Source: Candidatus Spongiihabitans sp.
GTDB lineage: Bacteria > Pseudomonadota > Gammaproteobacteria > Arenicellales > Poriferihabitantaceae
DNA: 64,000 nucleotides
Direction of reading: 5' to 3'
Assembly: GCA_965261335.1 (NCBI GenBank)
Contig: OZ253450.1
Span: 2,438,650-2,502,649, forward strand
Position 1 is the first letter of the stretch. Every line of letters begins with the position of its first letter. Shown here piece after piece: positions 9,517 through 19,577 of this stretch. Both the position numbers and the translations under genes were made by a program. The notes below the pieces were generated by a model that saw only the letters and a program-made list of their open reading frames with translations, did not search any database and was not told the origin of the DNA.

Positions 9517-10932
9517 TTAAACCTGCTCTAACTTGCGACCCAATAATACTTTGTCACCGACCCCCGTAATCGCCACATCCACCCAGCGACAGCCTTGATT
9601 TTCTCGACCATTCTCGTCCGTGCCTGCGGATTGAACTGGTTCACAAAATTCAACTGTAAAATAATTGGCCGCCCTGCCGAGCATCACCTTGTTAGCCGAT
9701 TTATTCGCGGATTCAACAAGTACCGTTTTATGCTGACCAATCTGGCGTTTGGCGACTCTATTCCAAACGGATTCTCCAGCATCACGAATTGCTTTTGCTC
9801 TATGCTTGCGTATTGACATGGGAACCTGTGTCGGAATTCTTGCGGCTGGAGTGCCTTCTCTCGGGGAATAGCGAAACACATGCGGATAGGCAATTTCAAG
9901 CTCATCGATGGCATTTAGAGTATCGGAAAAATGTGCTTCACTTTCGGTCGGGAAGCCGACCAAAATATCGGCACTCAAAACCAAATCAGGCAGTGCCGTA
10001 CGCAATGATGCAACGCGCTCATAGATGAGTGCTTTTGTTGCACGGCGTTTCATTCGTTTCAAAATTAACGTATTGGCACTTTGTAACGACAGATGTAGTT
10101 GTGGGCAGATTTTCGGATGACGACTTAACAAATCAATAAATTCATCGGTGATATGTGCCGGGTCGATGGAACTCAGTCGCAACCGATAATTGCCATCCAT
10201 GTCCGCATCCGTTTCAAGCAATGAGCACAATAATGCCGTTAATCCCATTTCACCATTCTCGAAATCAGAGCCATACGAGCCAATATCGACACCACAAAGC
10301 ACAATTTCACCATAGCCGTTCATGATCAATCGTTGGCATTGTCGTTTAATCATGGTCGGCGAAAACGACCGATTAGGTCCTCTAGCAGTATGAATAATAC
10401 AAAATGTACAGCCCTGATTGCAGCCTTGCTGAATCTGCACAAATGCCCGGCTATGCCCCTCAAAACCCTGTAACAACTGAGACGGCAGACTAATTTCCTT
10501 ATCAATATCCTTCAATAAAACAGGGGGCAACTCGCCACGATAAAGTGCGTCCAATAATATCGGAATATCCAGCTTTTGGCTGTTGCCCACGACCAAATCA
10601 ACGCCCGGAATATCGGCACAAGTTTGTGGGGACATCTGTGCATAACATCCAGTAACCACCACCCGAGCAGCCGGATTTTGGCGCACTGCCCGCCTGACTA
10701 ATTGTCTAGCTTGTCGATCTGCTTCGGCGGTCACCGTGCAGGTATTGATGACATATAAGTCTGCCGGCTCGGTGGGCGACACTCTGCGGTATCGTTGAGC
10801 GATTATTTTTTCAGCCAGCAATTCTGATTCGAATACATTGACCTTGCAACCGAGCGTGGGGAAAGCCACACGACGTTCCGTGCTTGTTTCAAGACTCCGT
10901 TGTTGCGAAAAAGATACGTTTACAGAAGCCAT
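9517..10932 (-). CDS. mtaB: MiaB-like radical-SAM tRNA methylthiotransferase (MtaB family)
   Basis: 471 aa. UPF0004 N-domain (TLGCKVNVFESE, INTCTVT), radical-SAM CNQGCTFC motif and a TRAM-like C-terminus. Confidence 0.85.
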   Translation of the reverse strand: MASVNVSFSQQRSLETSTERRVAFPTLGCKVNVFESELLAEKIIAQRYRRVSPTEPADLYVINTCTVTAEADRQARQLVRRAVRQNPAARVVVTGCYAQMSPQTCADIPGVDLVVGNSQKLDIPILLDALYRGELPPVLLKDIDKEISLPSQLLQGFEGHSRAFVQIQQGCNQGCTFCIIHTARGPNRSFSPTMIKRQCQRLIMNGYGEIVLCGVDIGSYGSDFENGEMGLTALLCSLLETDADMDGNYRLRLSSIDPAHITDEFIDLLSRHPKICPQLHLSLQSANTLILKRMKRRATKALIYERVASLRTALPDLVLSADILVGFPTESEAHFSDTLNAIDELEIAYPHVFRYSPREGTPAARIPTQVPMSIRKHRAKAIRDAGESVWNRVAKRQIGQHKTVLVESANKSANKVMLGRAANYFTVEFCEPVQSAGTDENGRENQGCRWVDVAITGVGDKVLLGRKLEQV

Positions 10933-11050
10933 GTTGTGCTTATGGTATCAAGAAAAATAAAACCTACGGGGGGAAAACCGACGCGGGCTAAAACCCGCAT
11001 CGTTAGAAATGAATTGTCGTTTAACCGTGCTATTCGTATCATTATACTAC

Positions 11051-11141
11051 GCCTGTAAAATGAGCATCTTAAACATCAAAGGCGGGTATGGTGGACACCG
11101 TGCTTGGAGACATTAAGAGATATGAGTATGGTTTCTGTTTT
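11051..11141 (-). repeat. about 90-bp degenerate fragment of the IS5-like element (N-terminal coding region)
   Basis: GCCTGTAAAATGAGCATCTTAAACATCAAAGG...GCTTGGAG...GGTTTC..CTGTTT aligns by eye with 36010..36125 of IS5-like copy 3. Confidence 0.5.
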
Positions 11142-11236
11142 TAATTGATAATGTATGCCTATTATCCATTATCCATTATCACTTGTCCTGCTCGGGAACG
11201 ACGAATACCGGTACAACAGGTGGGTTGTTGCGTGGC

Positions 11237-12205
11237 TTATAAGTGGCTATATTTTCGAATCAGGGGGGCTTCGGGCTGATCAATCGCTGATTCGTGCAAG
11301 CCGAGAATATGGCAGATTGCACGCACTAATTTTGCCCTGTTTAAGGTGTAGAAATGTAGGTCGGTGATACCATTGTCAATCAATCGAGTACAAAATTCAG
11401 CCGTAACCGTGGATGAAACAACATCGAATACCTCCTGATTATCAGGAAGCTCGGAGAATAACTGTGTGATTGAATCTGGAATGGTGGCAGCACAAGATTG
11501 TGCGAAAGCGTGAACCTGGGCAAAATTGTGAATCGGCAGAATGCCAGGAATGATTGGAACGGTAATACCGGACAGAACTGCACGGTCACGAAATCTAAGG
11601 AAGCGATTACTGTCAAAGCAAAATTGGCATAAAACACGATTCGCACCCGCATCGACTTTGCGTTTTAGGTAGTCAATATCGGCTTGTTTCGATTTTGCAT
11701 CAGGGTGAGTTTCGGGGTACCCAGCAACGGAAATATCAAAATCATAAATGCGTTTGATGCCCTCAATCATGGCGACCGTGGAGGGATAATTTGATTTTTC
11801 TGACACTATTTGATTGTTTCGCAAATCACCTCGCAACGCCACGATTCGGTTGATTCCTAGCAGGGCGATGCGCTCGACCAATGCGTCTAATTCAAATTTA
11901 TCGGTGCCGACATGGGTAATATGTGCTGCAACCGGATGTGCGCTTGATTGGCGTAGTAAGCGCAACGCTTCAAAACTATGTGTTTCTATGTTGCCACCAG
12001 CACCGTAGGTGACCGATGAAAATGTCGGTGCAAACCGTTCCAGAGTGTGACTGGAACGCTGTATTTGCCGAGTAGCCGATTCGGTCTTGGGCGGGAAATA
12101 CTCGAAAGAAACATTGATGCCCGACCTTAATTCATTGAGATGACGAAGTGGTCGTCTTTTTAGTCGGTTGGCTGTTGAATTGGTATCAAAATGAGTGGTA
12201 TTCAT
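11237..12205 (-). CDS. metF: 5,10-methylenetetrahydrofolate reductase
   Basis: 322 aa. FEYFPPKT, SVTYGAGG, HITHVG, VALRGD and GYPETHP blocks. Confidence 0.93.
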   Translation of the reverse strand: MNTTHFDTNSTANRLKRRPLRHLNELRSGINVSFEYFPPKTESATRQIQRSSHTLERFAPTFSSVTYGAGGNIETHSFEALRLLRQSSAHPVAAHITHVGTDKFELDALVERIALLGINRIVALRGDLRNNQIVSEKSNYPSTVAMIEGIKRIYDFDISVAGYPETHPDAKSKQADIDYLKRKVDAGANRVLCQFCFDSNRFLRFRDRAVLSGITVPIIPGILPIHNFAQVHAFAQSCAATIPDSITQLFSELPDNQEVFDVVSSTVTAEFCTRLIDNGITDLHFYTLNRAKLVRAICHILGLHESAIDQPEAPLIRKYSHL

Positions 12206-12405
12206 AGGTAATTCTCTTTGGATATAAAGAAAGATTTATATGATAAGGGGGTATAAAGAGAGAATCAAGTCGAAAATGAACAATATTGTCTATAAACGAC
12301 CAAAACTTTCCTAATTAACCGAAATTTCAAACGATTCGGGCGAAAACACCAGCAATATTGTCTTTTTTATAGGGCGATGTGAATTTGAATTATGAGAGTG
12401 TTGCG

Positions 12406-12528
12406 GAGACCGTGCAAGAATCCTAGTTAGGCATGTGTTACATCGGAAAACCCAGCCCCCTAAATCTCCCTGATCAAGGGGATTTAGGGATGTTAGGAAT
12501 GACGAGATTTGGGGTTTTGTACAGTCGC
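12406..12528 (+). repeat. MITE-B copy (123 bp)
   Basis: Ends GAGACCGTGCAAGAATCC...GGGGTTTTGTACAGTCGC. Internal TAGGCATGTGTTACAT module and CCCTAAATC/GATTTAGGG hairpin. Abuts the amidase stop codon. Confidence 0.75.
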
Positions 12529-13988
12529 TACGGCAGGAGATTGATCAAGGATACATGCCCAGCACTAGCGGCAATCGGTGCCGAATCGGAATAGGTCTTA
12601 ATATCAAACTCAGGGTGTTGCCATTTTAACGCCTGTTCAATCATCTGTGCCGCTTGTAGCACTTCAATATCATGATTCGGCGGGCCAATAATTTGCAGAC
12701 CAAGCGGCAATCCCTCATCACCGATGCCCATAGGCACTGAACAGGCCGGCATACCAGTGAGGTTGGCATCGTATAGAAAACCTGCCCAATCAAGATAAGG
12801 ATAGGTTATCGGTGTTGATTCAATCATGGCTGGATGAGTTATGTCGTGTTGAAAGGCTTCACAACCGAGGGTCGGGGTGATGAGCAACGAATGATGGTTA
12901 CGGTGAAACATTTTCGTATAAGCATCGTGGATTTGTTGCCGCTGAGTTTCAGCATGCTGACAATCTGTTGCGGTGAACGAACTGCCAAAATCAATAAACC
13001 TACGAGCGTGCTCACCCATGCGGTCATATTCGCTCGGTGTTGATGGTTTGGTTGGTGTTTTGGTTGTTTTTTTATGCTTCCAGATGTCGGTTGTTGCTGT
13101 AATTACCCAAGTTTTGGAAGATGAGGTCAGTCCCGGATTGTCATGTTGTATCGTGTTACCAGCATTCTCAATTTTGAGCAGTGCTTCTCTAAACGCATGA
13201 CGAACATCCATATCAACCGGCGCAAATCCGAGGTCTTCCGAAGCGATGAAGGTGAGCCCTTGCTCCTTGGGTAGCGGGACAGATTGAGCATCCAGTTCGG
13301 TTAGAACCGAAAACATCAAACGAGCATCGGCGACCGACCGCGTCATTGGCCCATAAGAAACAATCGATTCCCAAGTCGAGAATCCAGGATGTCTTGGGAC
13401 AACCCCGTGACTGGGCTTAAAACCAGTAATTCCACAAAACGCTGCAGGTATGCGTATCGATCCACCACCGTCACTACCGAATGCAAGACTGCCAATGCCA
13501 GCAGCGACCGCGGCGGCGGCACCGCCAGATGAGCCGCCGGGTGTTCTCGTTACATTCCACGGATTGGAGGTGCGACCATAAACAACAGAGTCAGTCATGC
13601 CGCTTAAACAAAGTTCTGGGCAAGTTGTCTTCGCAAAAATAACGGCTCCCGCTGATTCTAGACGTTGCACCGAAAGCGATGTTGCTTGGGGGATGAAGTC
13701 TTGCAAGGTGACCGAGCCGTTTCGACAAGGAACGCCAGCGAGCCATTGAGAGTCTTTGATGGTGATTGGGATACCGCATAACGTGCCGCCTTTGCACCGT
13801 GCTAGTTGTTTGTCCGCGACTAATGCCGATTTGCGAGCACGCTCATAAAGCGGTAGTGCAATAGGATTCAGATAAGGAGCTAATTTTTCAAGCTGGTCGA
13901 GAGTCGCATCAAGCAATTCAATCGCAGAGATTTCGCCACGCTGTAACGCCGCACGCTGCTCAATAGCCGTTTTGTATATCCAACTCAT
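12528..13988 (-). CDS. amidase-signature family amidase (GatA-like)
   Basis: 486 aa. [14 protein letters not shown]...[16 protein letters not shown] signature. Confidence 0.9.
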   Translation of the reverse strand: MSWIYKTAIEQRAALQRGEISAIELLDATLDQLEKLAPYLNPIALPLYERARKSALVADKQLARCKGGTLCGIPITIKDSQWLAGVPCRNGSVTLQDFIPQATSLSVQRLESAGAVIFAKTTCPELCLSGMTDSVVYGRTSNPWNVTRTPGGSSGGAAAAVAAGIGSLAFGSDGGGSIRIPAAFCGITGFKPSHGVVPRHPGFSTWESIVSYGPMTRSVADARLMFSVLTELDAQSVPLPKEQGLTFIASEDLGFAPVDMDVRHAFREALLKIENAGNTIQHDNPGLTSSSKTWVITATTDIWKHKKTTKTPTKPSTPSEYDRMGEHARRFIDFGSSFTATDCQHAETQRQQIHDAYTKMFHRNHHSLLITPTLGCEAFQHDITHPAMIESTPITYPYLDWAGFLYDANLTGMPACSVPMGIGDEGLPLGLQIIGPPNHDIEVLQAAQMIEQALKWQHPEFDIKTYSDSAPIAASAGHVSLINLLP

Positions 13989-14143
13989 AATGCCCTATTT
14001 AATATTTTGAATTTCCCGCAACCGATCGGCTTAATATTCTACATACTGGCGAAGCAGAATCAATACGAGGGCTTGGCCATATTCGCCCAATATTCAGAAT
14101 GGCTGTTGGGCATTTTTGCCAAGATGCAGCGGATAAGTTTGAA

Positions 14144-14941
14144 TTATGTCAAAGTTTCGAACAGGATTCTGATGCCAGCGATGATAAGAATAACGGAGAA
14201 TAGTTTTCGGGTTATTCCAGTCGGTAGCGTGTGGGCTAGTTTTGCACCCAGAGGGGCGGTGAGTATGCTGGTTGAAACAATGCCGAGACAGGCTGGCCAA
14301 TAGATGTAACCGCTACTCCATCTGGGTAATGTCGGCTCATTCCAGCCCATAACAATAAATCCGATCATGCCAGCGATGGCGAGTGGCAGCCCACAGGCGG
14401 CACTGGTGGCTACGGCATAGCGGATTGAGATGTTACGCCAAACCAGAAAAGGCACGGTCATGCTGCCGCCACCAATCCCGATTAAAGCCGATACCCAACC
14501 AATGACAAGCCCCATCGCGGATAAAGCGATATTGGAAGGTAGTGTCCCAGATGGTTTCGGTTTGAAATTTAGCAGCATCTGTAGCGCCAACACGATGAGG
14601 ATTATGCCGAATATGATCATCAGCGTTTCACCGTGCAGGTAATCGGCAAACATGGCACCAAGCAGTGCGCCGACTAAAATGCCGGGCGCGAACTTTTTAA
14701 CGACACTCCATATCACTGCCACACGTTTGTGATGTGCATAAATTGCCGAAAGCGAAGTAAAGACGATGGTTGCTAGCGAGGTGCCGATTGCCATGTGCAT
14801 CAGATAATCAAGCGAGACCTCCTTTTTCAAAAAAATATAAATCAAACAGGGCACAACAACTTGTCCACCACCGACACCGAGCATGCCGGCGAGGATTCCA
14901 GTGCCACCGCCTAACAGCATGTAAAGGTATATTTCATTCAT
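14144..14941 (-). CDS. TauE/SafE (DUF81) family anion-exporter-like membrane protein
   Basis: 265 aa, about 8 TM segments, with duplicated GxGGG motifs (GMLGVGGGQVVVP, LIGIGGGSMTVP). Confidence 0.85.
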   Translation of the reverse strand: MNEIYLYMLLGGGTGILAGMLGVGGGQVVVPCLIYIFLKKEVSLDYLMHMAIGTSLATIVFTSLSAIYAHHKRVAVIWSVVKKFAPGILVGALLGAMFADYLHGETLMIIFGIILIVLALQMLLNFKPKPSGTLPSNIALSAMGLVIGWVSALIGIGGGSMTVPFLVWRNISIRYAVATSAACGLPLAIAGMIGFIVMGWNEPTLPRWSSGYIYWPACLGIVSTSILTAPLGAKLAHTLPTGITRKLFSVILIIAGIRILFETLT

Positions 14942-15368
14942 CGCTTTATCATGATTATTCGTTATCAGGGTACCCGGTTAGCGTACATTATGCTGTAAAT
15001 ATCAAGCAATTAATCGACTAAAGTCGTTGCTTGGTAATATGCGGCACGGCATGAAAGAGAATATCGGGGAAACGAATCTGTTCTGGCACAGTATCGAAAG
15101 CAGGAATCCATGCGAATATTCTTTTCAAAACCTAACTATCATTTTCAGTTTCCATTGCCACCGAAGGGCATTTATATGGATAGACAGGATGCACAAGGAT
15201 GGCGGGGCTTATGTACAGGGTGTGCGGGCGGATAACTGCTTCTGCGTCTGCACTTCCGCCTTCCGTGTCGGTCGTATGCTGATTTTTCTGGAGCAAAAAG
15301 CGGTAAAGTCCCACTTCCGTTTGAATGGGCGATTGAGTACGTTTTACCGACTTATGAAGACCAAACAA

Positions 15369-16379
15369 CTAGCGTACAAAAGTCTCAGTATGCTCAATAA
15401 TCTGCTTCGTCAACATGCTGATATGAACATCAGAGTCGTTTAAGCATGGAATATAGCCGTATTTTTTGCCACCCGCCCGCAGGAACAAGCTTTTGTCTCG
15501 GATGGCGATTTCCTCTAAAGTTTCCAGACAGTCGGCACTAAAACCCGGACAAATAACCTGCACCGAGTGCCCCTGTTTGCCTAGCTCGTGTAATTGCTCG
15601 TCAACATAGGGCATGAGCCATTTTTTCGGTCGCAAACGGGATTGGAAACCAAGTAGCCATTGCGTGGGTTGCAGGTCGAGTACTTGTGCCAATAGAGTAG
15701 CCGTTTGCTGGCATTCATCGGCATAAGGATCGCCATCATCGACATATTTTTGTGGGATGCCGTGAAAAGACATCAGCAGTTTTTCCGCTTTGCCATGTTG
15801 AGCCCAATAAGCCGTTACCGATTCGGCTAAAGCCGCAATATAATCTGGGTTATCAAAATAATGGCGGATGATTTGAAAATCCGTCCTTGCACTTTGTCGC
15901 TTTTGTCCCGACTGCTGCCACTTTTGCAACACCCGCGCAACTTCATCGGCAACGGAAGCGGTGGTTGTATAGGAAAATTGCGGGTACAGCGGCACAATTA
16001 AAAATTGCGTCGCCCCGTCCGTGCGTAATTTCTCCAGCCCAGCCTCAATCGTAGGATTGCCATAACGCATACCCAGTGTGACGGGCGTATTTGCCAGCGT
16101 ATCTAGGCCAGTTTGTTGCAGTGCCTGCCGAATCAGCTCGGTTTGCTTTCTGGAAATGCACAACAACGGCGAGCCATGTTCAGTCCATATTCTGCTATAA
16201 GCCCGCGCAGATTTTTGCGGTCGAACACGAAGAATAACGCCATGCAAGATCAGCCACCAAAGCGGTCGCATCATTTTAACCACCCGCACATCCCATAGAA
16301 ATTCCTGCAAGAATTTTTTAACATCGGGCACACGACAAGAATCCGGTGTACCGAGATTGCTAATCAACACGCCAACCAT
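15369..16379 (-). CDS. hemH: ferrochelatase
   Basis: VGVLISNLGTPDS, LYPQFSYTT, SFHGIP and QSR blocks. I place the start at the ATG at 16379 because codons 1-21 of ORF 15369..16442 are encoded by MITE-A sequence. Confidence 0.9.
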   Translation of the reverse strand: MVGVLISNLGTPDSCRVPDVKKFLQEFLWDVRVVKMMRPLWWLILHGVILRVRPQKSARAYSRIWTEHGSPLLCISRKQTELIRQALQQTGLDTLANTPVTLGMRYGNPTIEAGLEKLRTDGATQFLIVPLYPQFSYTTTASVADEVARVLQKWQQSGQKRQSARTDFQIIRHYFDNPDYIAALAESVTAYWAQHGKAEKLLMSFHGIPQKYVDDGDPYADECQQTATLLAQVLDLQPTQWLLGFQSRLRPKKWLMPYVDEQLHELGKQGHSVQVICPGFSADCLETLEEIAIRDKSLFLRAGGKKYGYIPCLNDSDVHISMLTKQIIEHTETFVR

Positions 16380-16487
16380 GTGATTGTCGGAAAATGGCGT
16401 TTTTAGCTTGTTGTGAATATTTAGGTACTTGTTATTAAACATTTTATTTTCTTAAAATTGGACTGATTTTGAATTAACCGACAAGCC
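16380..16487 (+). repeat. MITE-A, essentially complete copy abutting the hemH start codon
   Basis: (gtga)TTGTCGGAAAATGGCGTTTTTAGCTTGTTGTGAATATTTAGG...GAATTAACCGACAAGCC. The first 4 nt of the TIR are diverged. Confidence 0.8.
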
Positions 16488-16504
16488 TATAGTGGGTTTG
16501 TGAG

Positions 16505-17462
16505 TCAGCGTTTGTTGCACAGTCTCCCTAGTGTTTCGGTCTCTTTTTGATTAACCGTTCCATCGCCACAAACGACTACTCCATAATCTTGTCGGGCATC
16601 ATCAACCGTGATTAGTCCAAGACTAATATCCTCGACAACACGTTCCACGTTGTGCTTTTTAGGGTCACCGTAGCCACCGCCCCTGGCAACGCTAATACCA
16701 AAGCAACAACGGGAAACGGAATCCGCAATCTTTGAGCCGTGCTTCAAAATGGCGTAAATAGCGTTCCATAATCGGACGAATATGGGCATTCGCACAAGCG
16801 GTTGAAAACCGTTCGAATTCGCGAAATTCGGGCGAAGTTTCAGCCGATATTGTGATTAACCAATCTGGTCTTTGGGTGGCAAAGTAGTCTCGTGCAAACT
16901 GCTCATGGCAGGGATTGATATAACTATGGAGAAAGGCAATCGCAAGGGATTCGGTTGCTACCGCATCCAACGAAGGCAACAGTGTCGCGAGCGATTCTTC
17001 ACGCAACGGAATAAGCACTTCACCACGACTGTTTAACCGTTCATCAACCGTAAAACGACGGCTCCTCGGCACCAGCGGTAACGGTTGAATGATATTAATA
17101 TCGTACTGCTCGGGTCGTCCCTCCGTTCCCATCTGCAGTGTGTCACGAAACCCTGCTGTGGTAACGAGCGATGTTGTACTCCCTTTTCGCTCAATAATCG
17201 CATTGGTTGCTAAGGTCGTTCCATGAATGATGAGGTGTACAGCATCAGGCGTAAGATTGCCCTGATTCAACACGTTTTCTATGCCATCCATACAAGCCAC
17301 TGCGGGTTCATCAGCGGTCGTCATCACCTTTGCCGTATAACGATTATCCGTGACCTCTAAAACCACATCCGTAAATGTGCCGCCAATATCAACGCCAATG
17401 CGTACATTTTCATGTCGTTTCTGCACGCGACTAATCCCTGTGCTGGCTCGGTACTGGCTCAT
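16505..17462 (-). pseudogene. hydantoinase/oxoprolinase remnant: HyuA N-terminus fused by deletion to HyuB C-terminus
   Basis: ORF 16692..17462 is a HyuA N-terminal domain (RIGVDIGGTFTDVV...HGTTLATNAIIERKG). ORF 16505..16795 in another frame ends with the HyuB tail (ARGGGYGDPKKHNVERVVEDI...YGVVV). About 900 aa of a normal A+B pair are missing. Confidence 0.8.
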
Positions 17463-17547
17463 AAGTGTTGTCTATCATTCTATTGCATTGGAAAATTGTC
17501 GAGCAAGATGGACGCTACTAGTGCAACTTTTAGAGATGAATACGATG

Positions 17548-18858
17548 CTAACGAGAACTCATCGTTGACGGTAGCCAAGTGACAATTTGCGGGAATATGG
17601 TCAGCAATATAGCACCCATCACCAAAAGTAAAAAGAATGGCACGGCTGCTCGGGCAACTTGAAATATGCTCATTCCCGTTAGCCCTTGAATGACGAAAAG
17701 ATTAAACCCTAAAGGCGGTGTTATTTGAGCAATTTCAACAGCGATGATGGTAAATATACCAAACCAAATCAAGTCGAAACCAGCATGACTGACCAGCGGG
17801 AGAACGACAGTCGTGGTCAAAACAATCATCGAAATACCTTCAATAAAACAGCCCAGAACGATATAAAGCACACAAAGTGCGGCAATAAGTGCGTAAGGAT
17901 TTAGCTCCATGCTACCAATCCATACTACCAGCTCTTTAGGGATGCCAAGATACGCCAGCGATGTCGTGAGAAAAGCCGCACCTGACAGAATAAAGAATAT
18001 CATGCACGACAAACTGGTCGCACTCAGCAGGCTTGCAATAAACATCTGACGATTCAAAGTGCGCGTCCACACTGCCAAAAGTAAAGCACCGATGACACCA
18101 CCAGCGGCAGCTTCGGTTGCCGTCGCAATACCACCATAAATCGATCCAATAACGCCCAGTATCAGCAACACCACCGGTATCAACGCACCAGAACGCACTA
18201 TTTTCTCGCCAAATCGGAGTGTAACCGTTTCTTTCGGAAAATAATCGGGGCACACTATCGCCTTGAAGCCGATATATCCCATGAACATAACCATTAACAT
18301 CAATGCGGGGAGAATCCCAGCCATGAACAACCGTATAATCGAAACATCGGCAGCAACCCCGTAAACAATCATAATAATTGATGGCGGCACCAGCAACCCC
18401 AACGTGCCTGACCCAGCAAGACTGCCGACGGCTAGATTTCGGTCGTAGCCAAGCCGATTAAGCTCGGGTAGAGACATACGTCCAATGGTCATAGCGGTCG
18501 CCGCAGACGAACCACAAACTGCTGCAAAAACACCACATCCCATTACATTGACATGCATCAAGCGCCCCGGCAGCCAAGTAATCCATGGCGCAATGCCGCG
18601 AAAAAGAATTTCCGAGAGCTTCGCACGAAACAGAATCTCCCCCATCCAAATAAACAGCGGTAACGCCGCGAGTGACCAAGAAGCTGTTGTTTGCCATAAC
18701 GATGTCGCCAGAGATTTTTCAACTGGAACCGAGTCGAAAAAAGTTAGCCCAATCCACCCAACACCCAAAAGTGCCATCCCAATCCAAACCCCTGACCCGA
18801 GCAACAAAAATAATACAAAAACCAGTATCACGCTAACCTGAATTAATTCTGGAGTCAT
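17548..18858 (-). CDS. dctM: TRAP transporter large permease subunit
   Basis: 436 aa, polytopic DctM-type protein, adjacent to the Q and P subunits. Confidence 0.92.
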   Translation of the reverse strand: MTPELIQVSVILVFVLFLLLGSGVWIGMALLGVGWIGLTFFDSVPVEKSLATSLWQTTASWSLAALPLFIWMGEILFRAKLSEILFRGIAPWITWLPGRLMHVNVMGCGVFAAVCGSSAATAMTIGRMSLPELNRLGYDRNLAVGSLAGSGTLGLLVPPSIIMIVYGVAADVSIIRLFMAGILPALMLMVMFMGYIGFKAIVCPDYFPKETVTLRFGEKIVRSGALIPVVLLILGVIGSIYGGIATATEAAAGGVIGALLLAVWTRTLNRQMFIASLLSATSLSCMIFFILSGAAFLTTSLAYLGIPKELVVWIGSMELNPYALIAALCVLYIVLGCFIEGISMIVLTTTVVLPLVSHAGFDLIWFGIFTIIAVEIAQITPPLGFNLFVIQGLTGMSIFQVARAAVPFFLLLVMGAILLTIFPQIVTWLPSTMSSR

Positions 18859-18861
18859 TGT

Positions 18862-18996
18862 GAGAGATTGTGCAAAAATCCAATATTCGTCATTCCTAAC
18901 CCTCGGACCTTCTTATTCAGGGGGAATTGAGTAGAAAGCCCCCCTGAATAAGAATGTCCGCCACTGCAGCCCAGCAAGGGTTTCCTGCTCTGTCTC
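18862..18996 (-). repeat. MITE-B copy (135 bp) in the dctQ-dctM intergenic space
   Basis: GAGAGATTGTGCAAAAATCCAATATTCGTCATTCC...GGGTTTCCTGCTCTGTCTC, with an internal 13-bp hairpin CTTATTCAGGGGG/CCCCCTGAATAAG. Confidence 0.75.
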
Positions 18997-19011
18997 TGCG
19001 GCTCTAGGTTA

Positions 19012-19560
19012 CTACTCAAGTTCGGGATTGACTTTTTTTACCATCATGTGGCCCGGTTTACCACCCATGAGCGACACGACTAAGTCATCTAAAAGTGCGA
19101 TTGTAAAAAGTAATGCACCAATGGCGAGCGAGGATTGTGGAATCCAAATTGGAATAACGATGATGTTCTGTGAAAGGTCTCCAAACCGAATCGAATCCCA
19201 AATCATATCGAAAGTCGAATAGGTCAAATAAGCAGAAAAAAACAAACTGACCAAAGCAATGCTCCCTTCCCAAAATTGACGAAAAACATGCTGTGATCGC
19301 TCGACTAGCAAGGTAACACGAATGTGCCCGTTCGCACGATAGGTATAAGCAAGCGGTAAAAAGGCGGCTGCCGCGACACTCCAAGCAGTGAGATCGTCCG
19401 CCCCTTTAACTTGTTGACCGAATTCTCGACCAACCACTTGTGCGGTAATCAAAAGCCCAATGACAACGACAAACCCGGCACCCAAAAAAGCACCCGCAAG
19501 ATATAAGAAGTCTAATACCCGTCTCGCTGTTGGAATGTTGCTTCTCGAACTGTGCGCCAT
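19012..19560 (-). CDS. dctQ: TRAP transporter small permease subunit
   Basis: 182 aa, 4 TM segments, positioned between dctP and dctM. Confidence 0.85.
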   Translation of the reverse strand: MAHSSRSNIPTARRVLDFLYLAGAFLGAGFVVVIGLLITAQVVGREFGQQVKGADDLTAWSVAAAAFLPLAYTYRANGHIRVTLLVERSQHVFRQFWEGSIALVSLFFSAYLTYSTFDMIWDSIRFGDLSQNIIVIPIWIPQSSLAIGALLFTIALLDDLVVSLMGGKPGHMMVKKVNPELE

Positions 19561-19577
19561 TATCGGTTCACAATCAA

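Noticed and set aside
12206-12405. SAM or SAH riboswitch upstream of metF
   Set aside because: I could not find the conserved SAH- or SAM-element core sequences or pairing. The region is AT-rich and adjoins MITE-B. A covariance-model scan (Rfam) would be the decisive test.
15027-15443. ORFs 15027..15443 (+) and 15132..15368 (-) between the tauE-like gene and hemH
   Set aside because: No recognisable domains are present. The + ORF overlaps the hemH 3' end, and the - ORF contains a dispersed repeat (GGTAAAGTCCCACTTCCG, also at about 23267 and 38383). The lone KCPSVAM motif is not enough to call a ferredoxin.
16380-16442. N-terminal 21 aa of the ORF-track hemH protein as genuine coding sequence
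   Set aside because: These codons are MITE-A sequence. The same reading frame appears in other MITE-A copies without an ATG, and ferrochelatase homology starts at the Met at 16379. This remains possible but unproven, so I also list it as a finding.
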